A DNA stretch of 64,000 bases from assembly GCA_964019425.1 (NCBI GenBank), contig OZ025780.1:248001-312000 (forward strand), read 5' to 3'. How positions within the stretch are numbered: position 1 is the first letter of the stretch; every line of letters begins with the position of its first letter. A program made the translations under genes and the position numbers. The notes under the pieces were generated by a model. The model ran no database searches and was not told the origin of the DNA. It was given only the letters and a program-made list of their open reading frames with translations. This document shows, piece after piece, positions 43,709 through 55,332 of this stretch. The stretch is from Flectonema sp. DT1601 (taxonomy: Eukaryota).

Positions 43709-44335
43709 TTACAATTCCTCCTCAATAATGTTATCGTTGTCGCCCTCCAATTCAACAGGTTCAACCCCGCTCAGCTTACACTTTTCTTCGCAAGTGAAAG
43801 GATCCCGTACCTTGTTGGGGGTGTAGGCAACTTCAATTTCCGTGTCATCAATACAAATACACTTTCCACGGTGAGGGGTATCAACAGCGCTAGTGCAAGC
43901 TCTGTCCATCGGAAAATAAAAAAATCCTCTCTCCCCTTCTAATGACATTACTCTCCAGGCCTTACAGTATGAGGTGTGTGCGAATGGCTCTTCCACAAAC
44001 ACTGGTTCAACACCCTTTTCTATTCCTTGAGATTGTAGTAAATCAGTTATAAATGCCATGTCCTCCGCTCTTCCTTTAAATGTGTGCGCAGTTCTAACAA
44101 TATTATTATGCTTTCCCACCCAGTACAGTATTGGGAACGGTGCACCGGGTTTCCCCTTTACCTCAACAGCTGGATATTCCTTGGCGACCGAGTCTATAAA
44201 ACTCTTGATCACAGGGAATGCCTTCAAACGTCAGCCCATGCATGCCTCCAGCTTAGCAGCCACGATTACATCTTTCTGGCTTGCAGAAGCAAACACGAAA
44301 GGCAACACTGCAATAATCGCGAGAATGCGATTCAT
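43709..44335 (-). CDS. SelM/Sep15-family selenoprotein (in-frame TGA = Sec35) with signal peptide, extra Cys-rich C-terminal domain and EEEL tail
   Basis: ATG 44335 reads MNRILAIIAVLPFVFASASQKDVIVAAKLEACMG-TGA(44231-44233)-RLKAFPVIKSFI...YPAVEVKGKPGAPFPIL, in frame with ORF 43709..44227. CxxU followed by L...P.VK.F and GA.P.L is the SelM/Sep15 signature. Confidence 0.85.
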
Positions 44336-44559
44336 AGTTTTACTAAAGGGGCTGCTGGTGAAGGAAATAGTAGAGTTTCTTGTTCTCAACTTTAATGATC
44401 TCATTCTCAAATCTTGGTCTTAGTGGGCCCACCACAACGCATGTTTTCTTGGTTAGCAGAATATAACATGCAGATACTGCAAAATAGTTTTGACCTCCTC
44501 TCGATGGCCTTGAATGAATTCAGACAAGGGAAAGTGTAAGGGGAAATAAGCTTCTAAAA

Positions 44560-45024
44560 TTAAGCTTTTTTCTCTTTATCCTTATCGTGTTCAAGGACAG
44601 TAAGAACCGCTATGATGCCTGTCCCAAGACCAATAAAGAAATATCCAACCTTCTCCAGAACATTGCTGGATTGTTTCACCTCTTCCGCCTCAACAGGGGC
44701 GAAGTCATCTGTTCGTTTCACGGCTGCAACGTGAGCAGCGTGCTCACATTGTGTAATACCATCCTTCTTACCACAGTCACAAACACCAACAACACTTCTT
44801 ACAGCTTGGGCATGGTGAGGGGCTTCCTCTGCCTCTTCCCAGACAGCTGCCTGTCCACACTTTTTACATGTGTCGTCTCGTACCGCCGAGCACACTAATG
44901 ATGAACAGATGAAGCATTCACAGTTCAGTTTCCTTAGCTCTCCATCAAATAGAAACCTCCCACACGCGCAGCGATATTTTTGAAGTGATTCTTCGTCGAC
45001 ACTGACGGGGGACCAGCTGTGCAT
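44560..45024 (-). CDS. Hypothetical Cys-rich (zinc-binding?) protein with C-terminal TM helix
   Basis: YRCACG, CECFICSSLVC, CKKCG, CDCG and hydrophobic VGYFFIGLGTGIIAVLTVL. First ATG at 45024. Confidence 0.6.
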   Translation of the reverse strand: MHSWSPVSVDEESLQKYRCACGRFLFDGELRKLNCECFICSSLVCSAVRDDTCKKCGQAAVWEEAEEAPHHAQAVRSVVGVCDCGKKDGITQCEHAAHVAAVKRTDDFAPVEAEEVKQSSNVLEKVGYFFIGLGTGIIAVLTVLEHDKDKEKKA

Positions 45025-46100
45025 CTTCAATTAACTTCCTGCTGGATTTAAGAAAAAATACTTCAAGGATTCAGTGTGGTCGTTGAAAACAAAACCTGTT
45101 CAGAAGTAAATGATATTTTCGAATGGAAAAGTCACGTTCAACTCTCCGAAGACTTGCATCAATTGCCACGTAGAAGTCAATACACAGACTGCACAAGACA
45201 ATTCCATGTGGGAGATGATGTTCAGCACAAGTAACAAATAGTTGAGTAACTGTAACTGGGTAACATAAAAAGATCAAAAAAAAGAAAAAAAAAAAAAAGA
45301 AATGGCCACGAGTGAAGCCAACAGAAAAACGAGTGCTGACAACATTTCACTTCACTGATAAACTTAAAAAAAAGAAAAAAAAAAAAAAAAAGAAAGAAAG
45401 AGGATATCACTTTACAGCGTATTGACAGGTACGTCAATACGATTTCCCGTTAGTTAGCTCAGGGCACCACGACCTTCACTCAGTCACAGTAAGCTGACAG
45501 TAGACTATAATATCACATCTTCTGCTCTCCTCTGCAATGGAGACAAACAAAACAAAAGATTTGCAAACAAATTGCTTCCTGGGGGAAAACAAGAACAAAA
45601 CGTAAGTATTTAAAAAAAAAAAAAACAAATCGAAAAACCGAGGAGTCGTTTAGGCTCTGATTGCGTGGAAAAATACTCATCGGCGTGCATCTCGCAATGC
45701 AGCCGCTTAGAATTTAAGAACTACTAACCGCATCACAAATTTGGAAATACAGTTTCTCAAAGAATTGAAAGATTTCTCAAGCAATGCGATCAAAAGTTGT
45801 TAAATATTTGTGCGCAAAGGGAGCAAATATAAAAAATAATAAAAAAAAAATCTTTTTTTTAAAAAACGCAACAAGTTCGATCAGAACCACGCTGGTCAGG
45901 GCCAAGGTCCAATGCGGGACACACGGAAAAGTAATAATAAAAATAAGAAAACAGGCTGGGCATTGTTTGGTTTTAAGCAGCAAATAGTGTTCTGCTCAAG
46001 ACTAATAACCTTAGAACTCAGACGCTCTTTCTTTCCTTTTCATTGAGAGTAGCCTGAAGTTCGTAATCGGTGTGAGTTCCATTCTTCTGATGAACAAAAC

Positions 46101-48740
46101 TTATTGGTTCTTCCGTCTCTTCTTCTCCTCCTCCTCAACGAGGTCTTTGATTAGTTTCCATTTGTCAATTTGCTCCGAATTCGTCATATCGACAGCCTTG
46201 TTTGGAATCATACCATTCGGTTCCATTGCTAACAACATCGATACCTTACATTGTGTGTCATCGAGTGGTTCACATATCCAGCCGTACATCTGAACAGTTG
46301 CTCTTATGTATCCTTTAGCAGGAGGGCATTTCTTATGTGTTGTTGAGGCACCACACATGACAAATGCATAATCATTCCCGAATCCAGTTAGGTCAAATGG
46401 ATCACTGCGGACGGGTTTTTCAGGAGATTTAATTCCCCACTCAGCTGCTTCACTGGAGTTTAAGGTCCTCGACACTTCCACAGTGAGTGTGTCTCTGCAA
46501 GTGATGAATGGAATAGGAGACTTAAAGCTGGCATACACGACATTGCATCCAGGGGATTGGTCGATTTGCTTCAAATCTTTAAGGAGGTTGTCGTATTTCC
46601 TAGCGTTCGCGTCGTCACCCATGTAAGCTGCAAACGTCTCAGCTGAACACTTCATCACTCCACTGAATCGACCCGCTTCCGTAGTGCAGTAGCTAAATAA
46701 CGTTTTTTCATATTTGCAACCATCCTTATTTTGAGAAACAGTCCATCCCCGAAACTTATTTGCTTCCAACGTCTTGACAACACACTCGTGTAGATCGGAG
46801 GATGCCTTTACTTCTGTTCCGCTAGCTGGAGCTGGGGTTGCATCTGCCGCGTTGGCTTGCTTTTGCTCCTTCTCAACGAAGTCTCTGACGAGTTTCCATT
46901 TTACAATTTGCTCCGAATTTGTAATGTCAACAGCCTTGTTTGGAATCATACCATTCGGTTCCATTGCTAACAACATCGATACCTTACATTGTGTGTCATT
47001 GAGTGGTTCACATATCCAGCTGTACATCTGAACAGTTCCTCTTATGTATCCTTTAGCAGGAGGGCATTTCTTATTTTTTACTGAAATACCACCACACACG
47101 AAAACATAATCATTGCGAAGTCCAGTTAGCTCGTATGGATTACTGCGAGGAGGGGAATTCTTAGGATGTGCGAGACCCCACTCAGCAGCTTCGCTGGGAT
47201 TCAAGGTCCTTGACGTATCCTCTGTGAGCATATCTCTGCAGGTAATGAATGGGATAGGGGATTTGAAGGCCGCGTGTATTATATTCTTTTCTCCCTTTTC
47301 TTCAACTACTTTCAGTTCTTTAAGAAGAGTGTCGTATTTAATCGTATTGTCAAGATCAGAAATGAAAGTGGCAAACGTCTGTGAAGTGCAATTCATAACT
47401 CCACTAAACCTTCCAGACTCGGTACTGCAAAATTTAAAAGAAGTTTTTTCGTACTTACAGTCACCTTTATCTTGTGATACGGTCCATCCTTCAAACTTGT
47501 TAGCATCGAGGGCACGTACAAGACTTTTTGGAATTTCTTTAGAATTAGAGGGGGTCGTGACTTCGACCTCATTGTCTTCTTCTTCCACAGGCGGTGTTTT
47601 TTCAGAACCTCCACTTACGAGAGCGATTAAATTTAAAATAATAGATTCAGGGGCAATGACGCCATACGCTCGAGGATAGTTCATCATTAGAGGATACGAT
47701 GTGAACATATACCAAAATGCTACCAGCAGAATGTATCGAAAAGGTGGAAAGAGACCAAAGTAAGCAAGTGCTGACCAAGCTAAAAGACCCTGTGATAATC
47801 TCAAAGCTGAATCTTGTCTTTCCCAAGTGAGAATCTCAACAAAGAAATCACAAGTATCAGCAATCATTGTGCAAAGATTTTGTGTCATTTGCAGCTGTGC
47901 AGTTAGGTCGCTGAAGGCAGTCATCCACGCAAACGGGTTTGGATAATAATTTGCTTCTGAATCATCATAAACAGGCTCTCCATGAGGACCGTGTCTTGCC
48001 CTGTGAAGGTACCATTTGACCATAAGTACAAACATTACGAAGAAGAAGCACTGACTTAATAAATCATAAACACAAACGTATGTTATTAACGCCAATACAA
48101 AAGCAGACTCGTACGGACGATCCCACATAAAACGTTCGCTCAACCAGAACCAAGGAGTACATAAAATGAATAACCAATTCGATAATCGTGTGATCTCAAG
48201 TGTTAGACCGCCTGCTGTGAATGCAGTCGGAGGCCTTTCATCCAAAAGACTCAGACTTATGTCATCACTTCGAAGTAGCTGTCCGAGGGAAGAGTAGGTC
48301 CAGGACCATTTAACGTATACTTCTCCAAAGCTTTTGCCTTTCTTCTGTTGTGCGTCCCATACTTTTTGATCGTTGATGTTATCATCTCGTGGCTTTAAGG
48401 GAAGCCACAACTCTCCTGCAGATCCCTGGGTAGTGCCGACACCAATATCTATGGTAGCTGAACCCATAAAGGTTTCAGATCCGACAATGTTCGCTTTGTC
48501 CCAACATTCAAATCTCAAGGAACCGTTTTGTTTGTTAGTTCTCACTTGAAATGTTTTCCTCCAAACTGGATTGAGAGTTTGAAATTGCGACTTCGTCACC
48601 GTCGTATTCCCTTCGCTGTCTATCATTGGCGCCGCCAGTCCATCCGCACAGACTCTCACAAAAGGATCGCTGTACCCGGTGCTATCGGTTCCTAGAAGGT
48701 TTCTTCCTTGAATGACGATGACTTTCAGCCATCCCGACAT
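46101..48740 (-). CDS. C2 domain + multi-TM (MCTP/PRT_C-like) region + two tandem START lipid-binding domains
   Basis: LKVIVIQGRNL...DSTGYSDPFV...TLNPVW...LRFECWDK (C2); hydrophobic W.R...S segments; two copies of FKSPIPFITCRD...CPPAKGYIR..V...W.CEP...CKV...MEPNGMIP (START). Confidence 0.85.
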   Translation of the reverse strand: MSGWLKVIVIQGRNLLGTDSTGYSDPFVRVCADGLAAPMIDSEGNTTVTKSQFQTLNPVWRKTFQVRTNKQNGSLRFECWDKANIVGSETFMGSATIDIGVGTTQGSAGELWLPLKPRDDNINDQKVWDAQQKKGKSFGEVYVKWSWTYSSLGQLLRSDDISLSLLDERPPTAFTAGGLTLEITRLSNWLFILCTPWFWLSERFMWDRPYESAFVLALITYVCVYDLLSQCFFFVMFVLMVKWYLHRARHGPHGEPVYDDSEANYYPNPFAWMTAFSDLTAQLQMTQNLCTMIADTCDFFVEILTWERQDSALRLSQGLLAWSALAYFGLFPPFRYILLVAFWYMFTSYPLMMNYPRAYGVIAPESIILNLIALVSGGSEKTPPVEEEDNEVEVTTPSNSKEIPKSLVRALDANKFEGWTVSQDKGDCKYEKTSFKFCSTESGRFSGVMNCTSQTFATFISDLDNTIKYDTLLKELKVVEEKGEKNIIHAAFKSPIPFITCRDMLTEDTSRTLNPSEAAEWGLAHPKNSPPRSNPYELTGLRNDYVFVCGGISVKNKKCPPAKGYIRGTVQMYSWICEPLNDTQCKVSMLLAMEPNGMIPNKAVDITNSEQIVKWKLVRDFVEKEQKQANAADATPAPASGTEVKASSDLHECVVKTLEANKFRGWTVSQNKDGCKYEKTLFSYCTTEAGRFSGVMKCSAETFAAYMGDDANARKYDNLLKDLKQIDQSPGCNVVYASFKSPIPFITCRDTLTVEVSRTLNSSEAAEWGIKSPEKPVRSDPFDLTGFGNDYAFVMCGASTTHKKCPPAKGYIRATVQMYGWICEPLDDTQCKVSMLLAMEPNGMIPNKAVDMTNSEQIDKWKLIKDLVEEEEKKRRKNQ

Positions 48741-49049
48741 TTTCTATTTTCTAATGATGCTGAAGGGAATTTATTTTACTAATTTAAGTTAACTATTTAA
48801 CGTTGAACTCAAAATCTGTAACATCAGTTGACTGTCTTACCTGAATAATAAATTCAAGACTTTTATTAAATTAAAAGTACTCCTCCACCAACATGTTACT
48901 TCAGCAAATACGTCTAAAGGGAGGTCCGCCAGGATAGATAACAGGGCGGTCATTCTCAGCAGAAAATAGGATGAAGAGAACGTGAATTCAAATAAAGAAG
49001 GAAAAAGAATGAATGAAAAGGCCTAAAGACCCCTAATATTATTACTTAC

Positions 49050-52000
49050 CTAAGACTTCTTTCGCCTCTTCAGCATTGCGGATGTCAAGAGAGCCATACC
49101 GTCTGCTTTAATTTTAGAAGGTGGTGTTTTCCTTGTCTTGGCTTCTTCCTCTGCCTGTATTGTTTATTATGTTTTATGAATCCTTTACTGTCTTCATCGG
49201 GTATGAAGGATACAAAGCAACACATACGATGTAAGGATTAAAGCCATTATACTCACCAGGTATAATGTTTGTTGGAGTGTCGACAGATTGTAATGATTTA
49301 CTTACCGTCACTAGACTAGTAGCTCTCTTAGTAACATTGCTTTCAACAGGCTGCGGGTTCTGTGCTGAAGGACGAAGATCGTTTCCTCCGTTAGGAAGAG
49401 TAGATTGCGGTACTGAGTCAGTGGTGATTGTGTTTGGAGTACAGCTACTCACTTGTTGATTTGTAGTAGTTGAATTAGAAATCACGTTACCGTTTGTAAT
49501 ATTCTCTTTCGTGTTGCCACTGAGTGACTTGTTGCCACTGTTGTTAAAATTGCCCTGTTGAGGGTGGCTATTCGGAAGGTTGTTTTGCACCCTCTGCGGA
49601 GCAGGGGGAGGCGCTGAATTTCCATTTTTGTTTTCACTGCTCAAGGCCACATCCCCGTCGACAAACAGGTTGAATTTTCGCCGCCTTGGCGGAGATCCCG
49701 CCAATCCTGCGGGTGCTGAATTCGGACGACCCAGTCCGCCAGATACATTACGAATCGATTGGTGTTCAACAGAATGATCCTTTCGATTATTGTAATCAAC
49801 AACAACAGTCGACTGATTACTGGCAGGTTTTGATTGGTTGTTAAGTTGGTTACTTTGTGCCGTCTGTAGATGTGAGTGATTGATTATGCCGCGTTGCTGA
49901 GGGTAATCCATCCCTAGCCTTGAGGAAGGGTTGGATATACTTCCATTCTGCTGTAGTCCGTTTTGTTGTTTAGAATAATCGATAAAACCTCCACCTTGTC
50001 TTGAGGAAGGAACAGAATTACTACCCTGCTGCGCTGAGTAACTACTAACATGAGATATTCCATTCTTCTGATGCTGTGAGTAGTCAATGATTACTGACTT
50101 ACCTGAAGTATGGTCATTACTATCGAAGGTCTGCTTAGGGTCAGCCTGGTGGCCATGTACTTGTGCCATCTGTTTGTTTGAGTAATCAATTATTGAAGGT
50201 CTTGAACTGCCCTGCTGAGATACAGAAGTTGTGTTAACTATTCCACTTTGTGGCTGTTGGTTTGAGTAATCAATTATCGAAGGTTTTGAATGATTAATTA
50301 CTCCTCCCTGTTGAGGCATCAGTTGGGGTGCAGAGGAGGTATTGTTAATACCGCCTCCCTGTTGAGTCACAGAGTGGTCAACTTTCCCATGATGGACTGT
50401 CTGTTGGTTTGAGTAATCTATAATCGAAGGCTTTGAATGATTAATTACTCCTCCCTGTTGAGTCACAGTGTGGTTATGAAGTACTTGTTGAGGTACGGAG
50501 TGGTTAACTATCCCTTGATGGGTTGTCTGTTTAACTGAGTAATCGATTATTGCAGGCTTTGAATGGTTAATTATTCTTCCCTGTTGAGGTGCAGAACTCA
50601 CTTTTGAGTGACCAACTACCTCATTTGAATAATCGATCACCGCAGGTCTTGGACAAGGTGCAGATGTTGACTTTGCAGAGTGGTCAACCACTCTTCTTTG
50701 TGGCTGTTGGTTTGAGTAATCTATAATCGAAGGCTTTGAATGATTAATTACTCCTCCCTGTTGAGGCATCTGTTGGGGTGCAGAGGAGGTGTTGTTAATA
50801 CCGCCTCCCTGTTGAGGCACAGAGTGGTCAACTTTCCCATGGAGGACTGTCTGTTGGTTTGAGTAATCTATAATCGAAGGCTTTGAATGGTTAATTACTC
50901 CTCCCTGTTGAGGCATCTGTTGGGGTGCAGAGGAGGTGTTGTTAATACCGCCTCCCTGTTGAGTCACAGAGTGATCAACTTTCCCATGGAGGACTGTCTG
51001 TTGGTTTGAGTAATCTATAATCGAAGGCTTTGAATGATTAATTACTCCTCCCTGTTGAGGCATCTGTTGGGGTGCATAGGAGGTGTTGTTAATACCGCCT
51101 CCCTGTTGAGGCACAGAGTGGTCAACTTTCCCATGATGGACTGTCTGTTGGTTTGAGTAATCTATAATCGAAGGCTTTGAATGGTTAATTACTCCTCCCT
51201 GTTGAGGCATCTGTTGGGGTGCAGAGGAGGTGTTGTTAATACCGCCTCCCTGTTGAGGCACAGAGTGGTCAACTTTCCCATGGAGGACTGTCTGTTGGTT
51301 TGAGTAATCTATAATCGAAGGCTTTGAATGATTAATTACTCCTCCCTGTTGAGTCACAGAGTGGTTGTGAAGTACTTGTTGAGGTACGGAGTGGTTAACT
51401 ATCCCTTGATGGGTTGTCTGTTTAACTGAGTAATCGATTATTGCAGGCTTTGAATGGTTAATTATTCTTCCCTGTTGAGGTGCAGAACTCACCTTTGAGT
51501 GACCAACTACCTCGTTTGAGTAGTCGATCACCACAGGTCTTGGGCAAGGTGCAGATGTTGACTTTGCAGAGTGGTCAACCACTCTACTTTGTGGCTGTTG
51601 GTTTGAGTAATCAATTATACCTCCCTCTGGTCGTGGTCCTCCTGTTGGGTTCGAATAACCATTCACAGCGTTCATTGCACCTCCCTGTTGAGATACGATG
51701 CTCTGCTGGTATCCAGATGTGTAATTAATTACCTCCGACTTTGAATGATCGATTATACTTCTGTGTGGTGGTGCGGAGTTAGAATAAGACTTTGAATGAT
51801 TAACAACACTTCCCTGTTGAGGTACGGAATGGTTTACAATCTCACGATGTGCTGTTTGTTGATTAGAATAATCAGATCTCTCATAATTAACTCCTCCTCC
51901 TCCTCCTACTCCTCCTCCTACTCCCTGTTGTATCGAGAGGGAGGCATTCCTATTTGTTAGATTGTCTACACTACCTTGTCCTTGTTGATGATTCGAGTAA

Positions 52001-54766
52001 TTAATTATACCTCCCTGTCTGGGTAGTTGTTGATTGTTTATCGGGTTTGAATGATTTATAACACCTCCTGATTGGTGTTGTCCGGGTCGGTTGTAGTTAC
52101 CAACCTGTTGCTCAATAATATTATTATTACTTGATTGATAAGAAGAAGTTGAACTGGTTGTGGAATTGTTAACATTTTGTGGTTCTGTTTTTGAATAATC
52201 GATGACTGCTTGTCCACTTCCTCTGTTGACGGAATAGTCAACAATGTCATTTGGAGGAGCTGTCTTTGGGTGATGGATATGACCATTCTGATGTGGAACA
52301 GAAGAATGAGAATATTGCTTCTCGTGAGAAGGATCAGTACTCCGAGGTCTTAATGAGTTATTATTACTACCGATGTGTTCTTCAGAAGTTGGTTTTGTTT
52401 TGATGAAGCCATCTAAGGTGGTCTGAACTTTATTCTTACTGCTATTGCTATTGCTCTGCTTTCCTGAGGCACCTTTTGACTTCTTCGCTTCAACCTTTGA
52501 AGAGAATGACGCTTGTCCTGCTTTCTCACGATTTCCGTTTCCCAATGGTAGCTGGTGACCTCGTTGGAATTCCTTAACTTCTTCAGTCCAGGTGTTCTTT
52601 TGTTCCGCACCAATACTTTTAGTGTTCAGTGCAGCTCCCAGGACAGCCAATTTTCGATTCACCATCGGCCACAGCACATCATCAGAAGTGTCCTTTGCTA
52701 AGAGATATTTTATATTGCAGCAGTTCTTTTGACCAAATCTATGGACTCGGTCTTCAGCCTGAACTAATTGACCTGGAGTCCAAAACAGTTCTGCGAATAT
52801 AACATTGCTACTCGCTGTGAGTGTTAATCCTGTACCACATGCCATAATTGAGAGTACAGCGTATTTACAACAAGTATTTGATTGAAAATCCTCAACCAAC
52901 GTGTCTCTAGATGGCCCAGATGAGCTTCCATCGAGCCGAATATGTGACCACATCCCTTCATCTGCATTGAAATCCGCTGCGTTATTGTGTGTTTCGCATA
53001 TTTTAGAAACACATTTCTCAACAGCATCTAACATATGAATATGATGTGCAAATATTAAATATTTCTCTCCTGTGGTACAACTCTCTTCAATGTATTCGCA
53101 GACGGGTTTTTGTTTTGCCTTCGATGTCGCTGTGAATAACATCATTGATGAGCTGCCTCCTCCAGTAAGGCCTGTTTGTTTTTTTTCAAACTCTCTTTGT
53201 GTCTTCCAAAGAAATAAAAGAAAGAACCCATACCGGCATTATCAATGTCGTCAAGGGATCTAAACCTGTCTTTCATCTTTTTTAGATCAGCGTCAAGAAG
53301 TTTCTTTTCTGAGTCAGTAATAGATAAATGGATTTCAGTTCTGATTTTAGCAGGCAGCTGGTCCAACACGGCATCCTTCTCTCTCCTAATCATGTTCGTT
53401 AATCTTAGTAGGTACTGTAATTCAGCTAAGTTGCTGTGACCCTTCCAATCGAGTCTTCCAAAGTGATTCTTTTTTAAATCACAGTAACGATTACCAAACA
53501 TCTGCTTATGACAGAACACGTGTTGTGGAGTTCGGATAATCGCATCGACGAGGTTGAAAAGTTCAATAGGTCTGTTGGTTGTTAGTTGTTGTTGTTGTAT
53601 TATACTGGAGGGAGTAGTTCTCCGAGAGAACAAAAAAACAATAAAACTTCAAACCTATTAAGAACAGGTGTTCCAGTTAATAGCACCAGCCTCGAGCAGT
53701 TTTTGAGAATCGGACGAAGCTTTTGTGCTCTCTGAGAGTCGTGGCTTTTAATAGCGTGAGCTTCATCAAGTATGACTACTTGTGGGTTGAGGGCATTGAG
53801 TTTTTCGGTAAAGACAGGCTTGTGAACTATGTCGTAAGACACAACAATTACCTTCCCAGTGAGGGGATCCTTTCCCTTGTCGACTACTTGTACAACTGCA
53901 GGGTCGAGGTATCTGAGAAATTTTAAAATACTCTTCTGCCACATTAATTTTATTCCACTTGGGCAGATGACTAGGGCTGGCCACTCACTGACGTAATTGC
54001 TCATAAGAGCGATGGCTTGGATTGTTTTTCCAAGTCCCATCTCATCTCCAATAAGAACACGACCTCCTCTACTGACAGCGTACTCGACACCAGCTCTTTG
54101 AAATGGCATCATGATGTTGTAAAGTGACTTTGGAATTTTACAATTATTCCAGTCGTGGGTTGGTCTTATCCTTTGAAGCTCACTCGTAACACATTTGAAA
54201 ATACACGTCGGAGGCCTAACAACGTCACAGATGTCGTGAAGGTTCTGTAGTGATTTATCAACTGCTGAAGTGTCTGAGAATTTGAACAGTCGAATACCTT
54301 CAGCAGTATCGACGTGTAGAGGAGCAACTCCCTGGATGTTTGATAAAGTATCAATTATTCTTCTTTCTTTACAATCAGCAGGAATCTTAATCATGAATAC
54401 TGGTTGTTGTACTCCAAGAATCGGATCTACATCACCATACCCAACTACTTGCGTATCAATTGGAATCTTTCCTTTTACTGTGTGGTTTCTAGTCACACCA
54501 GCATTGTGTGCTTGTCTAGTCATATCTCCAAAGCTTCCCTTCTCTCGTCCGTTGCCTGAGATGAACTCATCGACCCAAACAAAGAATCCGCATGCTCCAT
54601 CATCTTTCCATTTCTTGCATGTAAAATATTGTCTGCCCGCATTCTGATTCTGTTTCTGTGATACAGCATGACGACATGGATCACCACACTTACAGAGTGG
54701 TGCTGGTGGTCCTGCGGGGGCAGCCGCTGGGGCTGTTGAGCTTCTTGCAGTCCATGTTTTGCTCAT
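49050..54766 (-). CDS. SMARCAL1/ZRANB3-like SNF2 annealing helicase with N-terminal GRF zinc finger and long Q/N/S-rich repeat tail; 4 exons (54766-53655, 53571-53234, 53171-49228, 49154-49050)
   Basis: CKCG...NAGRQYFTC...CGFFVWVD (GRF); GRVLIGDEMGLGKTIQAI, DEAH, LLTGTPVLNRPIELF, IFAHH, GTGLTLTA..V.FAEL.WTPG...QAEDRVHR.GQ. Introns 53572-53654, 53172-53233 and 49155-49227 are GT...ACAG and preserve frame; the last exon is less certain. Confidence 0.85.
50250..51620 (-). repeat. Coding tandem repeat: four consecutive 147-bp (49-aa) units plus one further copy, inside a larger duplicated block
   Basis: Unit QQGGVINHSKPSIIDYSNQQTV(L/H)HGKVDHSV(P/T)QQGGGINNTSSAPQQMP. The block RVVDHSAKSTSAPCPRP...HNHSVT occurs twice. 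Confidence 0.92.
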
Positions 54767-55332
54767 ACCTGAGGAAATGAAAATGACTGAAGTTGAAAAA
54801 AAAAAAAAAAAATAATAATAAAAAAAAAAACAGTAATAAAACACAAGACACTGTGGGTTAGTTATTTAAAAAAACGCGAAAAACGACTTTTTTTTTTTTT
54901 TTTCCCCCTTCAAAATTAAAAGCGAAAACACTAATTTTTCACACATCTCAATACAATACCAGCAAGTAAATCTGATTTCTATTTGAGGGTTAGAATCAGG
55001 CGAATGGTTTACAGCACTCTGACTAAGACAATGAGGCTGTTAAACGAAATAAATATGTCAGAATCACGAGGCTTTCCTTTAACACTACGGAGGTATTAGA
55101 TTTTTAACAGATAATTGTTAACCCTGTCAAGAGAATTGGGTTCATGAATCTTGGAAGTGGAGTCGTGATAGAAACATGAGCCGAGAATTAAGAATGACCA
55201 ACACTGAAAAAAAAAGAAAAAAAAAAAAAAAAGAAAAAAACGAACAACTAAAATCTAAGTCACGGTTGTGTTTCGTAATATGTCTCAGACTGCAGCAGAA
55301 TAAAATAATAAAAAGAAAAACGAACGCTGGTA

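Noticed and set aside
47113..47679. 188-aa + strand ORF and similar antisense ORFs over GS and RRM genes
   Set aside because: Shadows of well-supported genes on the opposite strand.
50250..51620. CRISPR-like array or non-coding satellite
   Set aside because: Units are multiples of 3 inside an open frame with no unique spacers, in a eukaryotic context.
54767..54844. Phe/Tyr-rich N-terminus of the helicase ORF
   Set aside because: Translation of a T-rich upstream tract; the ATG at 54766 is the plausible start.
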